Position numbers and translations under genes: made by a program. A DNA stretch of 64,000 nucleotides from an uncultured Rhodobacterales bacterium (GTDB lineage: Bacteria > Pseudomonadota > Alphaproteobacteria > Rhodobacterales > Rhodobacteraceae): positions 7,093-71,092 of the forward strand of contig CAZYBG010000003.1 of assembly GCA_964645155.1 (NCBI GenBank), read 5' to 3'. Positions within the stretch are counted from its first letter, which is position 1; each line of letters begins with the position of its first letter. The notes under the pieces are model-generated. The model ran no database searches, had not been told where the DNA came from, and saw nothing but the letters and a program-made list of their open reading frames with translations. Below are positions 41,952 to 50,878 of this stretch, piece by piece.

Positions 41952-41977
41952 AACGCCGTTGTCGCGACAGCAGTTCC
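41952..41977 (-). promoter_or_regulatory. EcfG-type promoter candidate (GGAAC-N17-CGTT), autoregulatory position upstream of ecfG
   Basis: Plus strand AACG 41952-41955 and GTTCC 41973-41977. Lies between the NepR-like ORF stop (42019) and the ecfG ATG (41875). Confidence 0.6.
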
Positions 41978-42018
41978 GGAGCTTTCCAACCCCCGGTAGA
42001 GCCGGGCGGCGGCGGCGC

Positions 42019-42204
42019 TCAGCCCTTCGGGCGGGCGCGATCCGATCCCCGGTTCACCTGACAGATCGCATCGTCGAGGCGGCGGGCGAGGTCGACGATC
42101 TCGGCAGGCGCGCCGCTGCGTTCGAAGGCCTGCAGGAGTTCGGAGAAGGCGGCGGCCAGCTCTTCATCCACGCGGGAGGGATCGGATTTGGGGTCGCCTG
42201 ACAT
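42019..42204 (-). CDS. nepR: Small NepR-like anti-sigma factor candidate
   Basis: 61-aa ORF directly upstream of ecfG. Helical segment ELAAAFSELLQAFERSGAPAEIVDLARRLDDAI loosely fits the NepR pattern. Weak call. Confidence 0.4.
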   Translation of the reverse strand: MSGDPKSDPSRVDEELAAAFSELLQAFERSGAPAEIVDLARRLDDAICQVNRGSDRARPKG

Positions 42205-42453
42205 CGCTGGGGCTGCACCATGCTCGAATGTTTGTCGGTTGCCGGAGAAACTAGCGGCGGCGCGGGATGACGCCAAGTGCGGCCAACAGCCCGGGGCCCC
42301 GGCGGCACCGACCTGTGGCATTCCCCCCGCAGTACGGCAGGGCCGCCACCGCAGCGATGGCGTCATCACGCCCCGGTGCCGCCGGACCACGGAGAACGCA
42401 ATTTCGTTCGGTGGAAAGACATGCTTTCCTGTCCCGAGCCAGGGAGAGCGCAG

Positions 42454-42837
42454 ATGCCGGACCGGTTCGCTACAGGAACGAAAACCCGCCGTGCGGTGCT
42501 CGGCGATGCCCATGTCGACGCGGCCGAGGCCGCCCAGACTGACTTCGACGCGCCGTTCCAGCGGCTGATCACCGAAGGCGCCTGGGGCACCGTCTGGTCC
42601 GACGACACGATCACCCGGCGCGAGCGGTCGATGCTGACGCTGGCATTGCTGGCCGCCACCGGCAACTTCGAGGAGATACCGATGCACGTGCGCGCCACGC
42701 TGAACACCGGCGCGAGCCGGGCGGACGTGATGCAGGCCTTCCTGCACGTGGCGATCTACGCCGGCGTGCCGCGGGCGAACCACGCGATCCGGCTGGCCCG
42801 CGAGACCTATTCCAGGATCGAGGAGGACGGCACATGA
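42454..42837 (+). CDS. pcaC: 4-carboxymuconolactone decarboxylase
   Basis: ATG 42454 with [26 protein letters not shown] and [11 protein letters not shown] motifs. ATGA overlap with pcaH. Confidence 0.8.
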   Translation: MPDRFATGTKTRRAVLGDAHVDAAEAAQTDFDAPFQRLITEGAWGTVWSDDTITRRERSMLTLALLAATGNFEEIPMHVRATLNTGASRADVMQAFLHVAIYAGVPRANHAIRLARETYSRIEEDGT

Positions 42838-43562
42838 CGGCGCCGGCCGACTACTACCAGCGCGACCGGACCCGGCATCCGCCGGCGCTGACGCCGGACT
42901 ACAAGACCTCGGTCGCACGCGCGCCGCGCCAGGCGCCGGTCAGCCTGGAGAACGCGTCGGGCGAGATCACCGGGCCGGTCTTCGGCCATGGCGACATCGA
43001 CCCGCTCGACCGCGACCTCATCCACAACTATGCCCGGCCGGGCGAAAGCGCGATCGGCGAGCGGATCATCCTTCACGGCCGGGTTCTCGACGAGAACGCA
43101 CGGCCGGTGCCGAACACGCTGGTCGAGGTCTGGCAGGCGAATGCGGGCGGCCGCTACCGGCACAAGAAGGACACCTATCTTGCCCCGATCGACCCGAACT
43201 TCGGCGGCTGCGGCCGGACGCTGACCGACGCGAACGGCTCCTATTGCTTCCGCACCGTCAAGCCCGGCGCCTATCCCTGGCGCAACTGGGTGAACAACTG
43301 GCGCCCGGCGCATGTCCACGTCTCGGTCTTCGGCAGCGCGTTCGTGCAGCGGCTCATCACCCAGTGCTATTTCGAGGGCGACCCGTTGATCCGCCACTGC
43401 CCGATCGTGCGGACGATCCCCGATCCGGCGGCGGTCGATCAACTCGTCGCCGCGCTCGACCTCAACGCGACGATCCCGTTCGACGCGGTCGCCTACAAGT
43501 TCGACATCGTGCTGCGCGGTCGCCGCTCCACGCTGTTCGAGAACCGCCTTCAGGGGAACTGA
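42834..43562 (+). CDS. pcaH: Protocatechuate 3,4-dioxygenase beta subunit
   Basis: 242 aa. [28 protein letters not shown]. Confidence 0.9.
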   Translation: MTAPADYYQRDRTRHPPALTPDYKTSVARAPRQAPVSLENASGEITGPVFGHGDIDPLDRDLIHNYARPGESAIGERIILHGRVLDENARPVPNTLVEVWQANAGGRYRHKKDTYLAPIDPNFGGCGRTLTDANGSYCFRTVKPGAYPWRNWVNNWRPAHVHVSVFGSAFVQRLITQCYFEGDPLIRHCPIVRTIPDPAAVDQLVAALDLNATIPFDAVAYKFDIVLRGRRSTLFENRLQGN

Positions 43563-43565
43563 GCG

Positions 43566-44186
43566 ATGCCGCAGGCGCTGCACTATCTCCGCGAGTCGCC
43601 CTCGCAGACCGCCGGGCCGTATGTCCATATCGGGCTCGCGCCGGGCGCGGCGGGGTTCGACATCTACCGGCACGAGCTTGGCCACGACATCGCGGGGCCG
43701 CACGCGCGGGGCGAGCGGATCCGGGTCGAGGGCCTGGTGATCGACGGCATGGGCGCGCCGGTAAGGGATGTGCTGATCGAGGTCTGGCAGGCCAATGCCG
43801 ACGGGCACTACGCCCATCCCGAGGACGGCCGGCCAGTCGAGGAGGGCTTCCGCGGCTGGGGCCGCGTCATCACCGATTTCGCGACCGGCGCCTGGGGGTT
43901 CGACACGGTGAAGCCCGGCCCCACGGCGGGCCGCACCGCCACCATGCAGGCGCCGCACCTGAACCTCTGGCTGGTGGCGCGCGGCATCAATCTCGGGCTG
44001 AACACGCGGATGTACTTCGCCGACGAGGCTGCGGCGAACGCCGCCGACCCGGTCCTGAACCTGATCGAGTGGGAACACCGTCGCGCCACGCTGGTCGCAG
44101 CCCGCGGGATGCGCGGCGATACGCCCGTCTACCGTTTCGACATCCGCCTCCAGGGCGAGGGCGAAACCGTGTTCTTCGACGTCTGA
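43566..44186 (+). CDS. pcaG: Protocatechuate 3,4-dioxygenase alpha subunit
   Basis: 206 aa. SPSQTAGPYVHIGL, LIEVWQANADGHYAHP. Confidence 0.9.
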   Translation: MPQALHYLRESPSQTAGPYVHIGLAPGAAGFDIYRHELGHDIAGPHARGERIRVEGLVIDGMGAPVRDVLIEVWQANADGHYAHPEDGRPVEEGFRGWGRVITDFATGAWGFDTVKPGPTAGRTATMQAPHLNLWLVARGINLGLNTRMYFADEAAANAADPVLNLIEWEHRRATLVAARGMRGDTPVYRFDIRLQGEGETVFFDV

Positions 44187-44201
44187 AGGCAAGGAGCACC
44201 C

Positions 44202-45038
44202 GTGGCGAAGCCCTGCATCATCTGTGTCGCGATCACCGGCTCGCTGCCGACCAAGGCGGACAATCCGGCGGTGCCGATCGCCGTTGCCGAGCAGGTCGAG
44301 TCGACGCACGCGGCCTTCGAGGCCGGCGCAAGCATCGTGCATTGCCACGTCCGCAACGACGACCAGACGCCCTCGTCCGACCCCGAGAGGTTCGCGCGGC
44401 TGAAGGAGGGGCTCGAGAGGCACTGCCCGGGCCTCATCATCCAGTTCTCGACCGGCGGGCGCTCGGGCGCCGGGCGGGCGCGGGGCGGGATGCTGCCGCT
44501 GCGCCCCGACATGGCCTCGCTCTCGGTCGGGTCGAACAACTTCCCGACCCGCGTCTACGAGAATCCGCCGGATCTGGTCGACTGGCTCGCGGCCGAGATG
44601 CGCACCTACGAGGTGGTGCCCGAGGTCGAGGCGTTCGACCTCAGCCACATCCTTCAGGCGATCGCGCGGCACCGGGCCGGCGGCCTCTACGGCAAGCTCT
44701 ACGTCCAGTTCGTCTTGGGCGTGAAGAACGCCATGCCGGCCGACAGGACGGTGTTCGACTTCTATGTCGAGACGATGCGGACGCGCGCGCCAGAGGCCGA
44801 ATGGTGCGCGGCCGGCATCGGGCCAAGCCAGATCGTCGTCAACGAATGGGCCATTGCGGCGGGCGGGCATACGCGCACGGGCCTCGAGGACAACGTGCGC
44901 CTCGACCGCGACCGCCTCGCGCCGTCGAACGCCGCGCTGGTGCGGCGGGCGGTCGGGCTCTGCGAGAAGCACGGCCGCCCGGTCGCGACGTGGCGCGAGG
45001 CGCGGGCGATGCTGGGCCTGCGCCCGGTCGCGGCCTGA
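44202..45038 (+). CDS. Beta-keto acid cleavage enzyme family (BKACE / DUF849; 3-keto-5-aminohexanoate cleavage enzyme-like)
   Basis: GTG start. CVAITGSLPTK, IVHCHVRN, GGHTRTGLEDN motifs. Confidence 0.8.
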   Translation: MAKPCIICVAITGSLPTKADNPAVPIAVAEQVESTHAAFEAGASIVHCHVRNDDQTPSSDPERFARLKEGLERHCPGLIIQFSTGGRSGAGRARGGMLPLRPDMASLSVGSNNFPTRVYENPPDLVDWLAAEMRTYEVVPEVEAFDLSHILQAIARHRAGGLYGKLYVQFVLGVKNAMPADRTVFDFYVETMRTRAPEAEWCAAGIGPSQIVVNEWAIAAGGHTRTGLEDNVRLDRDRLAPSNAALVRRAVGLCEKHGRPVATWREARAMLGLRPVAA

Positions 45039-45054
45039 GGCAGGCCGCGCCGGC

Positions 45055-45951
45055 CTACCGCAGATGCGTCTCGAAGAAGCCGAGCGTGCGGTCCCAGGCG
45101 AGTGTCGCGGCCGCCTCGTCGTAGCGCGGCGTCGTGTCGTTGTGAAAGCCGTGGTTCACATCGGGATAGAAGTGCACCGTATAGTCCTTCCCGTGCTCCT
45201 GCAGCGCCGCCTCGAACGCCTCCCAGCCGGCATTGATGCGCTCGTCGAGCGCGGCGTAGTGGATGAGGAGCGGCGCCGCGATCCGCGGCACGTCCTCGAC
45301 CGCGGGCTGGCGGCCGTAGAACGGCACCGAGGCCGCAAGATCGGGATAGGCGACCGCGAGCGCATTGCAGACGCCGCCGCCGTAGCAGAAGCCGACGGCC
45401 CCGACGCTGCCGGTCGAGCCGTCGTGGTCGCGCAGGAACTCGAAGCCGGCGAAGAAGTCCTCCATCAGCTTTGCCGGATCGAGCTGGCCCTGCAGTTCGC
45501 GGCCTTGCTCGTCGTTGCCGGGATAGCCGCCGAGCGGGCTGAGGCCGTCGGGGCCGAGGGCGAGGTAGCCCGCCTTCGCGGTGCGGCGCACCACATCCTC
45601 GATATAGGGGTTGAGGCCGCGGTTCTCGTGCACCACCAGCACCGCCGGCAGCGGCCCCGCGGCCCCCGCCGGGCGCGCCATCAGGCCGCGGATCGTGCCA
45701 TGGCCCTCGGGGCTCTGGTACTCGATCGTCTCGGTCTCGATCCCGGGGTCATCGGGGGCGACCTGCTGCGCCCAGGCGTAGTTCGGCTGCAGCTGCTCGA
45801 GGATCATCGCGCCGGTGACACCGGCCGCGGCGTAGCGGCCCGCCTGCGCGATGAACGCGCGCTTGGAGATCTTGCCGTGCACGTAGCCGTCGAAGATCTC
45901 GAGGATGCGCGGATCGAAGTCGGATGCGCGTTTGCGGGCAGGCGTTGTCAT
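45055..45951 (-). CDS. Dienelactone hydrolase family protein
   Basis: 298 aa. [29 protein letters not shown]. Confidence 0.8.
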   Translation of the reverse strand: MTTPARKRASDFDPRILEIFDGYVHGKISKRAFIAQAGRYAAAGVTGAMILEQLQPNYAWAQQVAPDDPGIETETIEYQSPEGHGTIRGLMARPAGAAGPLPAVLVVHENRGLNPYIEDVVRRTAKAGYLALGPDGLSPLGGYPGNDEQGRELQGQLDPAKLMEDFFAGFEFLRDHDGSTGSVGAVGFCYGGGVCNALAVAYPDLAASVPFYGRQPAVEDVPRIAAPLLIHYAALDERINAGWEAFEAALQEHGKDYTVHFYPDVNHGFHNDTTPRYDEAAATLAWDRTLGFFETHLR

Positions 45952-46151
45952 GGTCCGGGTCTCCCTTCTGGATCACTGTTGCGCCGGGATTGCCCCGACA
46001 CTGGGATGCGTGTGGGGCATCGCCGCCGATCAGGTGGTGCCCGGGCGTGCCGCCGACACGCGGGGCAAGTCTCGGCAGGATCGCCGGCCCGGCGGCATCG
46101 CGCAACCCCTCCACGAGGGAGCGGCCACGCGATGCCGCGCGCCGCGCGGTC

Positions 46152-46676
46152 TCAGTTGCCGGTTCCGGGGCGCTGCAGGGTCAGCGTTCCGTCGCCGTCG
46201 CGGTCGAGCCGCTCGACGGTCCGTGCGATCCGGGTGGCCATCTCGGCGGCGCTGATCGCGCCGTCGCCATCGGCGTCGAGGTCCTGGAAGGCGTCGACCA
46301 TGCGGGAGCGCGTCAACTCGCGGTAGAGCGTCTCGAACTCGTCGATCGAGAGCGCGCCGTCGCCCGAGGCATCGACCTCGTCGAGTTTCGCGGCACGGTA
46401 GGCGTCAATCTCGTCCTGTGTGACGGCGCCGTCGCCGTTGGCATCGACAGTGTCGAAGATTGTCCGGAGCATCTCGCCGCCGCGGCCGCCGAAATGGCCG
46501 CCGCCCCGGTGGCCGCGCCCGCCACGGTCGCCGCGGGCATCGACCCGCTCGGCCTGGGCCGCGGCGGCCGGGGCCTCGGGAACGACGGGGGTGGTCTGGG
46601 CGGTGGCGACCATCGCGCCTGCAGCGGCCAGGATCACGGCGGCGAAGCCGGCCGGGAGGAGTTTCGAGCTGTTCAT
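46152..46676 (-). CDS. Secreted EF-hand calcium-binding protein
   Basis: ATG 46676. Signal peptide. Four DxDxDG loops (DANGDGAVTQDE, DASGDGALSIDE, DADGDGAISAAE, DRDGDGTLT). Confidence 0.8.
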   Translation of the reverse strand: MNSSKLLPAGFAAVILAAAGAMVATAQTTPVVPEAPAAAAQAERVDARGDRGGRGHRGGGHFGGRGGEMLRTIFDTVDANGDGAVTQDEIDAYRAAKLDEVDASGDGALSIDEFETLYRELTRSRMVDAFQDLDADGDGAISAAEMATRIARTVERLDRDGDGTLTLQRPGTGN

Positions 46677-46776
46677 TGCCTCATCCTTTCGTTCTTGGGC
46701 AAGCGGAGGCAGGATCGCCTCCGATGCCGGGGATATGCACGATCCCCGCCCGCGATGTGTGTCGGCGCGAGGCCGG

Positions 46777-46827
46777 TTTTGTCGCGACCTGTCGCGGCGC
46801 CCGGCCGTGATACGACTTGCGACAAAA
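46777..46827. promoter_or_regulatory. TGTCGC(G/A) repeats: two direct copies (period 10) plus one inverted copy, within a TTTTGTCGC / GCGACAAAA inverted repeat
   Basis: TGTCGCG at 46780-46786 and 46790-46796. Inverted TGTCGCA at 46818-46824. Outer arms at 46777-46785 and 46819-46827. Lies between the EF-hand gene and the OmpR-type regulator. Confidence 0.45.
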
Positions 46828-46919
46828 AGAACCCGGGCGCGCCGATGGCGGGGCTGGGAAAAGCGGCGGAAGTGCCCGTAGATCGGCGGGCGAGACCCGA
46901 AGCGCGAGGACCCTGGCGC

Positions 46920-47633
46920 ATGGAGCCGGCCGAGCCGCAGATCCTGATCGTCGACGATGCCCGCGACATCCGCGAACCGCTCGGGCAGTACCTGCGCAAG
47001 CAGGGCTTCCGCACGCGCCTTGCGGCCAATGCCGGCGAGGCGCGCCGCGCGGTCGAGGAGGGCGCCTTCGCGCTGGTCGTGCTCGACGTCATGATGCCGG
47101 GCGAGGACGGGCTCAGCCTCTGCCGATGGCTCGTCGGGCGGCCCGGCCCGCCGGTGATCCTGCTGACAGCGATGGCCGACGAGACCGACCGCATCGTCGG
47201 GCTCGAGCTTGGCGCCGACGACTACGTGGTGAAGCCGTTCAACCCGCGCGAGCTGCTGGCGCGCATCCGCGCCGTGCTGCGCCGCGCGCCGCCGCCCGAA
47301 CCGAGGATCGCGTCGGGCCGGCGGCGGTTCGGTCGCTGGACCCACGATCCGGCCACCCGGACGCTCGACCACGACGACGGACGCCGCGTCACCCTGACCT
47401 CCGGCGAAAGCCGCCTTCTGGGCGTGCTGCTCGACCACCCGTTCACGGTCCTCGGGCGGGACCGGCTGCTCGACCTGACCGCCGGGCGCGACGCGAAGGC
47501 CTACGACCGCGCCATCGACAACAGCGTGAGCCGGCTGCGCCGCAAGATCGAGGATGACCCCGGAAGGCCGCGCCTGATCATCACCGAATGGGGCGGTGGC
47601 TATCGGCTCGCCGCCGGCGTGGCAGAGGCATGA
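46920..47633 (+). CDS. OmpR/PhoB-family response regulator
   Basis: ATG 46920. LDVMMPGEDG, GADDYVVKPF, winged-helix C-terminus (ITEWGGGYRL). Confidence 0.85.
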   Translation: MEPAEPQILIVDDARDIREPLGQYLRKQGFRTRLAANAGEARRAVEEGAFALVVLDVMMPGEDGLSLCRWLVGRPGPPVILLTAMADETDRIVGLELGADDYVVKPFNPRELLARIRAVLRRAPPPEPRIASGRRRFGRWTHDPATRTLDHDDGRRVTLTSGESRLLGVLLDHPFTVLGRDRLLDLTAGRDAKAYDRAIDNSVSRLRRKIEDDPGRPRLIITEWGGGYRLAAGVAEA

Positions 47634-48967
47634 GACGCCTCGTCCCCGATGGGCTGGCCGGCCGCTTCGCCCTGCTGCTGACGCTGGCGCTTGTCGCTGC
47701 GAACCTCATCGCGCTCGGCATCCTCAGCCTCGAGCGCGGCCGGCTCGACCGGCTGGCCCGCGAGGCGCGCGAGATCGAGCGGGTGCTGTCGCTCGTCCCC
47801 GCGATGGAGGCGGTCGATCCGCGGGCGCGCCGGCAGATCGCCCGCAACGCATCGACCCGGTTCTCGCGGGTTTCGGTCGATGCCGCGCCGGTGGTGGAGG
47901 AGGTGCCGGCCGCCCCACGCTCGGCCGCCTTGACCCGCGATCTGGCCGCGGCGCTGCCCGACCGCGAGTTGCGGGCCGCGGTCCTGGTCCGCGGCCGCGG
48001 GCCGCCGTCCGACGGGCGCGGCACCGGCGAGACGATCGCGGTGTCGGTGCGCCTTGCCGCGGACGGGGCGCCGCAATGGCTCAACTTCGTCTCGCGCAGT
48101 CCGGAGGCGCGGCCGCCCGGCATCGAGGAGGAGGTGTTCCTCGTCGTCCTCGGCCTTTCGCTCGCCGCGGTGCTGGGCGTCGGGCTTGTCTTCGTGCGGC
48201 GTCTCACGCGGCCGCTCGGCGCGCTTGCCGAAGCCGCCCGCGCGGCCGGGCAGGGCGACAGGACGGCGCGGGTGGCCGAGGAGGGGCCGCGCGAAATGCG
48301 CGCCGCAGCCGCGGCCTTCAACGACATGCAGTCGCGGATCGAGGGCTTCGAGGCCGAGCGGATGCGGACGCTCGCCGCCGTCGGCCACGACCTCCGCACG
48401 CCGATCACCTCGCTGCGCATCCGGGCCGAGCTGCTCGACGAGGCCGAGGCCAGGCCGATGATCCGCACGCTCGACGAGATGAAGGTCATGGCCGACGGCC
48501 TCGTCGCCTATGCGCGGGGCGCGGGCGACAGCGAGGTCGCGCAGGCGGTCGATCTCGGACCCATGCTCGCACGCCTCTGCGCCGAACGCGGCGTCGCGTT
48601 CGACGCCGGCAGCGACGCCAGGGTCGCCGCCCGTCCGGTGGCACTCGGCCGGGCCATCGGCAACGTGATCGACAACGCGGCCAGATACGGCGCAGGCACC
48701 CGGGCCCGCGTGTCGCTGGCGGGAGGGGAGGCGCTGATCGTCGTCGAGGACGAGGGCCCCGGCATGCCGCAGGAGGACCTCGAGGCGATGTTCCAGCCCT
48801 TCGTCAGGGGCGAGAGCAGCCGCAGCGCCGAGACCGGCGGCGCCGGGCTGGGCCTGGCCATCGCGCGCAACATCGTCACCGCCCATGGCGGCGCCATCAG
48901 CCTCGAGAACCGTTCCGGCGGCGGCCTCCGGGCGACGATCCGTCTGCCGCTTCGGCAGGGGGGCTAG
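47630..48967 (+). CDS. EnvZ-type sensor histidine kinase
   Basis: ATGA overlap with the regulator. HAMP region. H-box LAAVGHDLRTPITSL and G-box GAGLGLAIARNIV. Confidence 0.85.
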   Translation: MRRLVPDGLAGRFALLLTLALVAANLIALGILSLERGRLDRLAREAREIERVLSLVPAMEAVDPRARRQIARNASTRFSRVSVDAAPVVEEVPAAPRSAALTRDLAAALPDRELRAAVLVRGRGPPSDGRGTGETIAVSVRLAADGAPQWLNFVSRSPEARPPGIEEEVFLVVLGLSLAAVLGVGLVFVRRLTRPLGALAEAARAAGQGDRTARVAEEGPREMRAAAAAFNDMQSRIEGFEAERMRTLAAVGHDLRTPITSLRIRAELLDEAEARPMIRTLDEMKVMADGLVAYARGAGDSEVAQAVDLGPMLARLCAERGVAFDAGSDARVAARPVALGRAIGNVIDNAARYGAGTRARVSLAGGEALIVVEDEGPGMPQEDLEAMFQPFVRGESSRSAETGGAGLGLAIARNIVTAHGGAISLENRSGGGLRATIRLPLRQGG

Positions 48968-48971
48968 CGCC

Positions 48972-49889
48972 ATGCGCCGATCGCTCGCGCTCGCCGCCGG
49001 CCTGCTGCTGCTGGCGGGCCTCCTCGTCGGCTGCCAGCACCTGCGGCTCGGGGCGGGCCCGGCACTGGCGCCCCCCGGTCCCGGTACCGTGCGGGTCGCC
49101 ACCTGGAACGTCCACTACATCCTGCGCAACCAGCCGGAAGGGCGCTGGGGGCTTGCCGGATGGGAGGAGCGCAAGGGCCCGCTCGATGCGACGTTCCGCG
49201 CCATCGGCGCTGACATCGTGGCGTTCCAGGAGATGGAGACCTTCGCCGGCGGCAACGACGACAGCTTGAACCTCGCGCGGGAGTGGCTTCTCGCCAACAA
49301 CCCGGGCTACGCGGCCGCGGCTATCGGCGACTGGCGCAGCTTTCCCTCGACCCAGCCGATCCTCTACCGCCGCGACCGTTTCGAGGTTCTGGACCAGGGC
49401 TGGTTCTTCTTTTCCGACACGCCCGACCTGATCTACTCGCGCACCTTCAACGGCTCGTATCCTGCCTTCGCCTCGTGGGCGCGGCTGCGCGACCGGCAGG
49501 GCGGTTCGGAGATCCGGGTGCTGAACATGCATCTCGACTACGCGAGCCGCGAGAATCGGCGCCGCTCGGTCGACCTCGTGGTGGGGCGGATCGCCCCTTG
49601 GATCGCGGCCGGCGAGAGGGTGGTCCTTGCGGGCGACCTCAACGCGCTTGCCGGCTCGGGCCTGCACCGGCGGCTGCGGGCGGCGGGGCTCCGCTTCGTC
49701 GCGGTCGACGGCGCCACCTATCACCTCGACAGGGGGCTCAACCTCTTCGGCGCCATCGACCACATCGGCTTTGCCGGCCCGATCGCACCGGTCCGCCCGC
49801 CGGTCGTGTTCCGGGACCGGCTGGGGCCGGTCTGGCCGTCGGACCACTATCCGCTGATCGCCGATTTTGCGCTGCAGGGCGGCGGCTGA
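48972..49889 (+). CDS. Endonuclease/exonuclease/phosphatase (EEP) family lipoprotein
   Basis: ATG 48972. Lipobox LLVGC. VATWNVHY and WPSDHYPL motifs. Confidence 0.75.
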   Translation: MRRSLALAAGLLLLAGLLVGCQHLRLGAGPALAPPGPGTVRVATWNVHYILRNQPEGRWGLAGWEERKGPLDATFRAIGADIVAFQEMETFAGGNDDSLNLAREWLLANNPGYAAAAIGDWRSFPSTQPILYRRDRFEVLDQGWFFFSDTPDLIYSRTFNGSYPAFASWARLRDRQGGSEIRVLNMHLDYASRENRRRSVDLVVGRIAPWIAAGERVVLAGDLNALAGSGLHRRLRAAGLRFVAVDGATYHLDRGLNLFGAIDHIGFAGPIAPVRPPVVFRDRLGPVWPSDHYPLIADFALQGGG

Positions 49890-49897
49890 CGCCCGCC

Positions 49898-50782
49898 TCA
49901 GCCCGCCGCGCCAAGGAGCCGCATCGCGTTCTCCTTCAGGATCAGCGGGCGCACCTCGTCGCGGAAATCCGCGGCCGCGAAGTCGGCGAGCCAGCGGTCG
50001 GGCGTCAGCGCGGGCCAGTCCGAGCCGAACAGCATCTTCCGCTTCAGGATGGTGTTGGCATACTGCACGAAGAGCGGCGGGAGATACTTCGGCGACCAGC
50101 CGGACATGTCGACATAGACGTTCGGCTTGTGCTGGGCGACGGCGAGCCCCTCCTCGGTCCAGGGAAACGACGGGTGGGCCAGGACGATCGGCATGTCGGG
50201 GAAGTCGACGGCCACATCGTCGACATGGATCGGGTTCGAATACTTCAGCCGCATGCCCATGCCGCCCCGCATTCCCGAGCCCACGCCGGTCTGCCCGGTG
50301 TGGAAAAGGGCGATCGCGCCCGCCTCGGCGATCGCCTCGTAGAGGACGTAGGCGCCGCGGTCGTTCGGGAAGAAGCCCTGCATCGTCGGGTGGAACTTGA
50401 AGCCCCGCACGCCGAAGTCGCGCACAAGCCGCCGCGCCTCGCGGGCCCCCGCCCTGCCCTTGTGCGGGTCGATCGACGCAAACGGAATCAGGATGTCGGC
50501 ATTCTCGGCACAGATCGCCGCCACCTCCTCGTTGCCGTAGCGGCGAAAGCCGGTCTCGCGCTCAGCATCGACGGGGAAGATCACCGCGGCGATGTTGCGG
50601 GCGCGGTAGTAGGCCGCGGTATCCCCGACCGTCGGCAGCATCCCCTCGGCCCCCGCGGGGTTGCGGAAATAGGCCGCCATGCCGGCCTGGAATTCGTTGT
50701 AGCCATCGTCGCGCGCGTGGTTGCACGGCTCCTCGGCATGGGTGTGGAAGTCGATCGCGCGAACGGCCGAGAAATCGACCAA
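49898..50782 (-). CDS. Amidohydrolase_2-family enzyme (CouO / beta-keto-acyl-CoA cleaving-type candidate)
   Basis: 294 aa. AIDFHTHA, GFKFHP and HTGQTG metal-ligand blocks. Sits within a hydroxycinnamate gene cluster. Confidence 0.65.
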   Translation of the reverse strand: MVDFSAVRAIDFHTHAEEPCNHARDDGYNEFQAGMAAYFRNPAGAEGMLPTVGDTAAYYRARNIAAVIFPVDAERETGFRRYGNEEVAAICAENADILIPFASIDPHKGRAGAREARRLVRDFGVRGFKFHPTMQGFFPNDRGAYVLYEAIAEAGAIALFHTGQTGVGSGMRGGMGMRLKYSNPIHVDDVAVDFPDMPIVLAHPSFPWTEEGLAVAQHKPNVYVDMSGWSPKYLPPLFVQYANTILKRKMLFGSDWPALTPDRWLADFAAADFRDEVRPLILKENAMRLLGAAG

Positions 50783-50878
50783 GGCTGCCTCCCGTCACGG
50801 TTCGGGACGATGCATACCACGATGATCGCTACACAGCATAACGTTTTTAGCATATAACGATTTCGAATCGGGCGCAGC

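Noticed and set aside
42205-42918. 5' extension of the 299-aa ORF 42019-42918(-)
   Set aside because: The upstream 238 codons overlap pcaC and pcaH in antisense and are low-complexity. Only the terminal 61 codons (from ATG 42204) were kept, as a tentative NepR-like gene.
42807-44972. 721-aa minus-strand ORF antisense to pcaH, pcaG and the BKACE gene
   Set aside because: No motifs. The opposite strand encodes textbook dioxygenase subunits.
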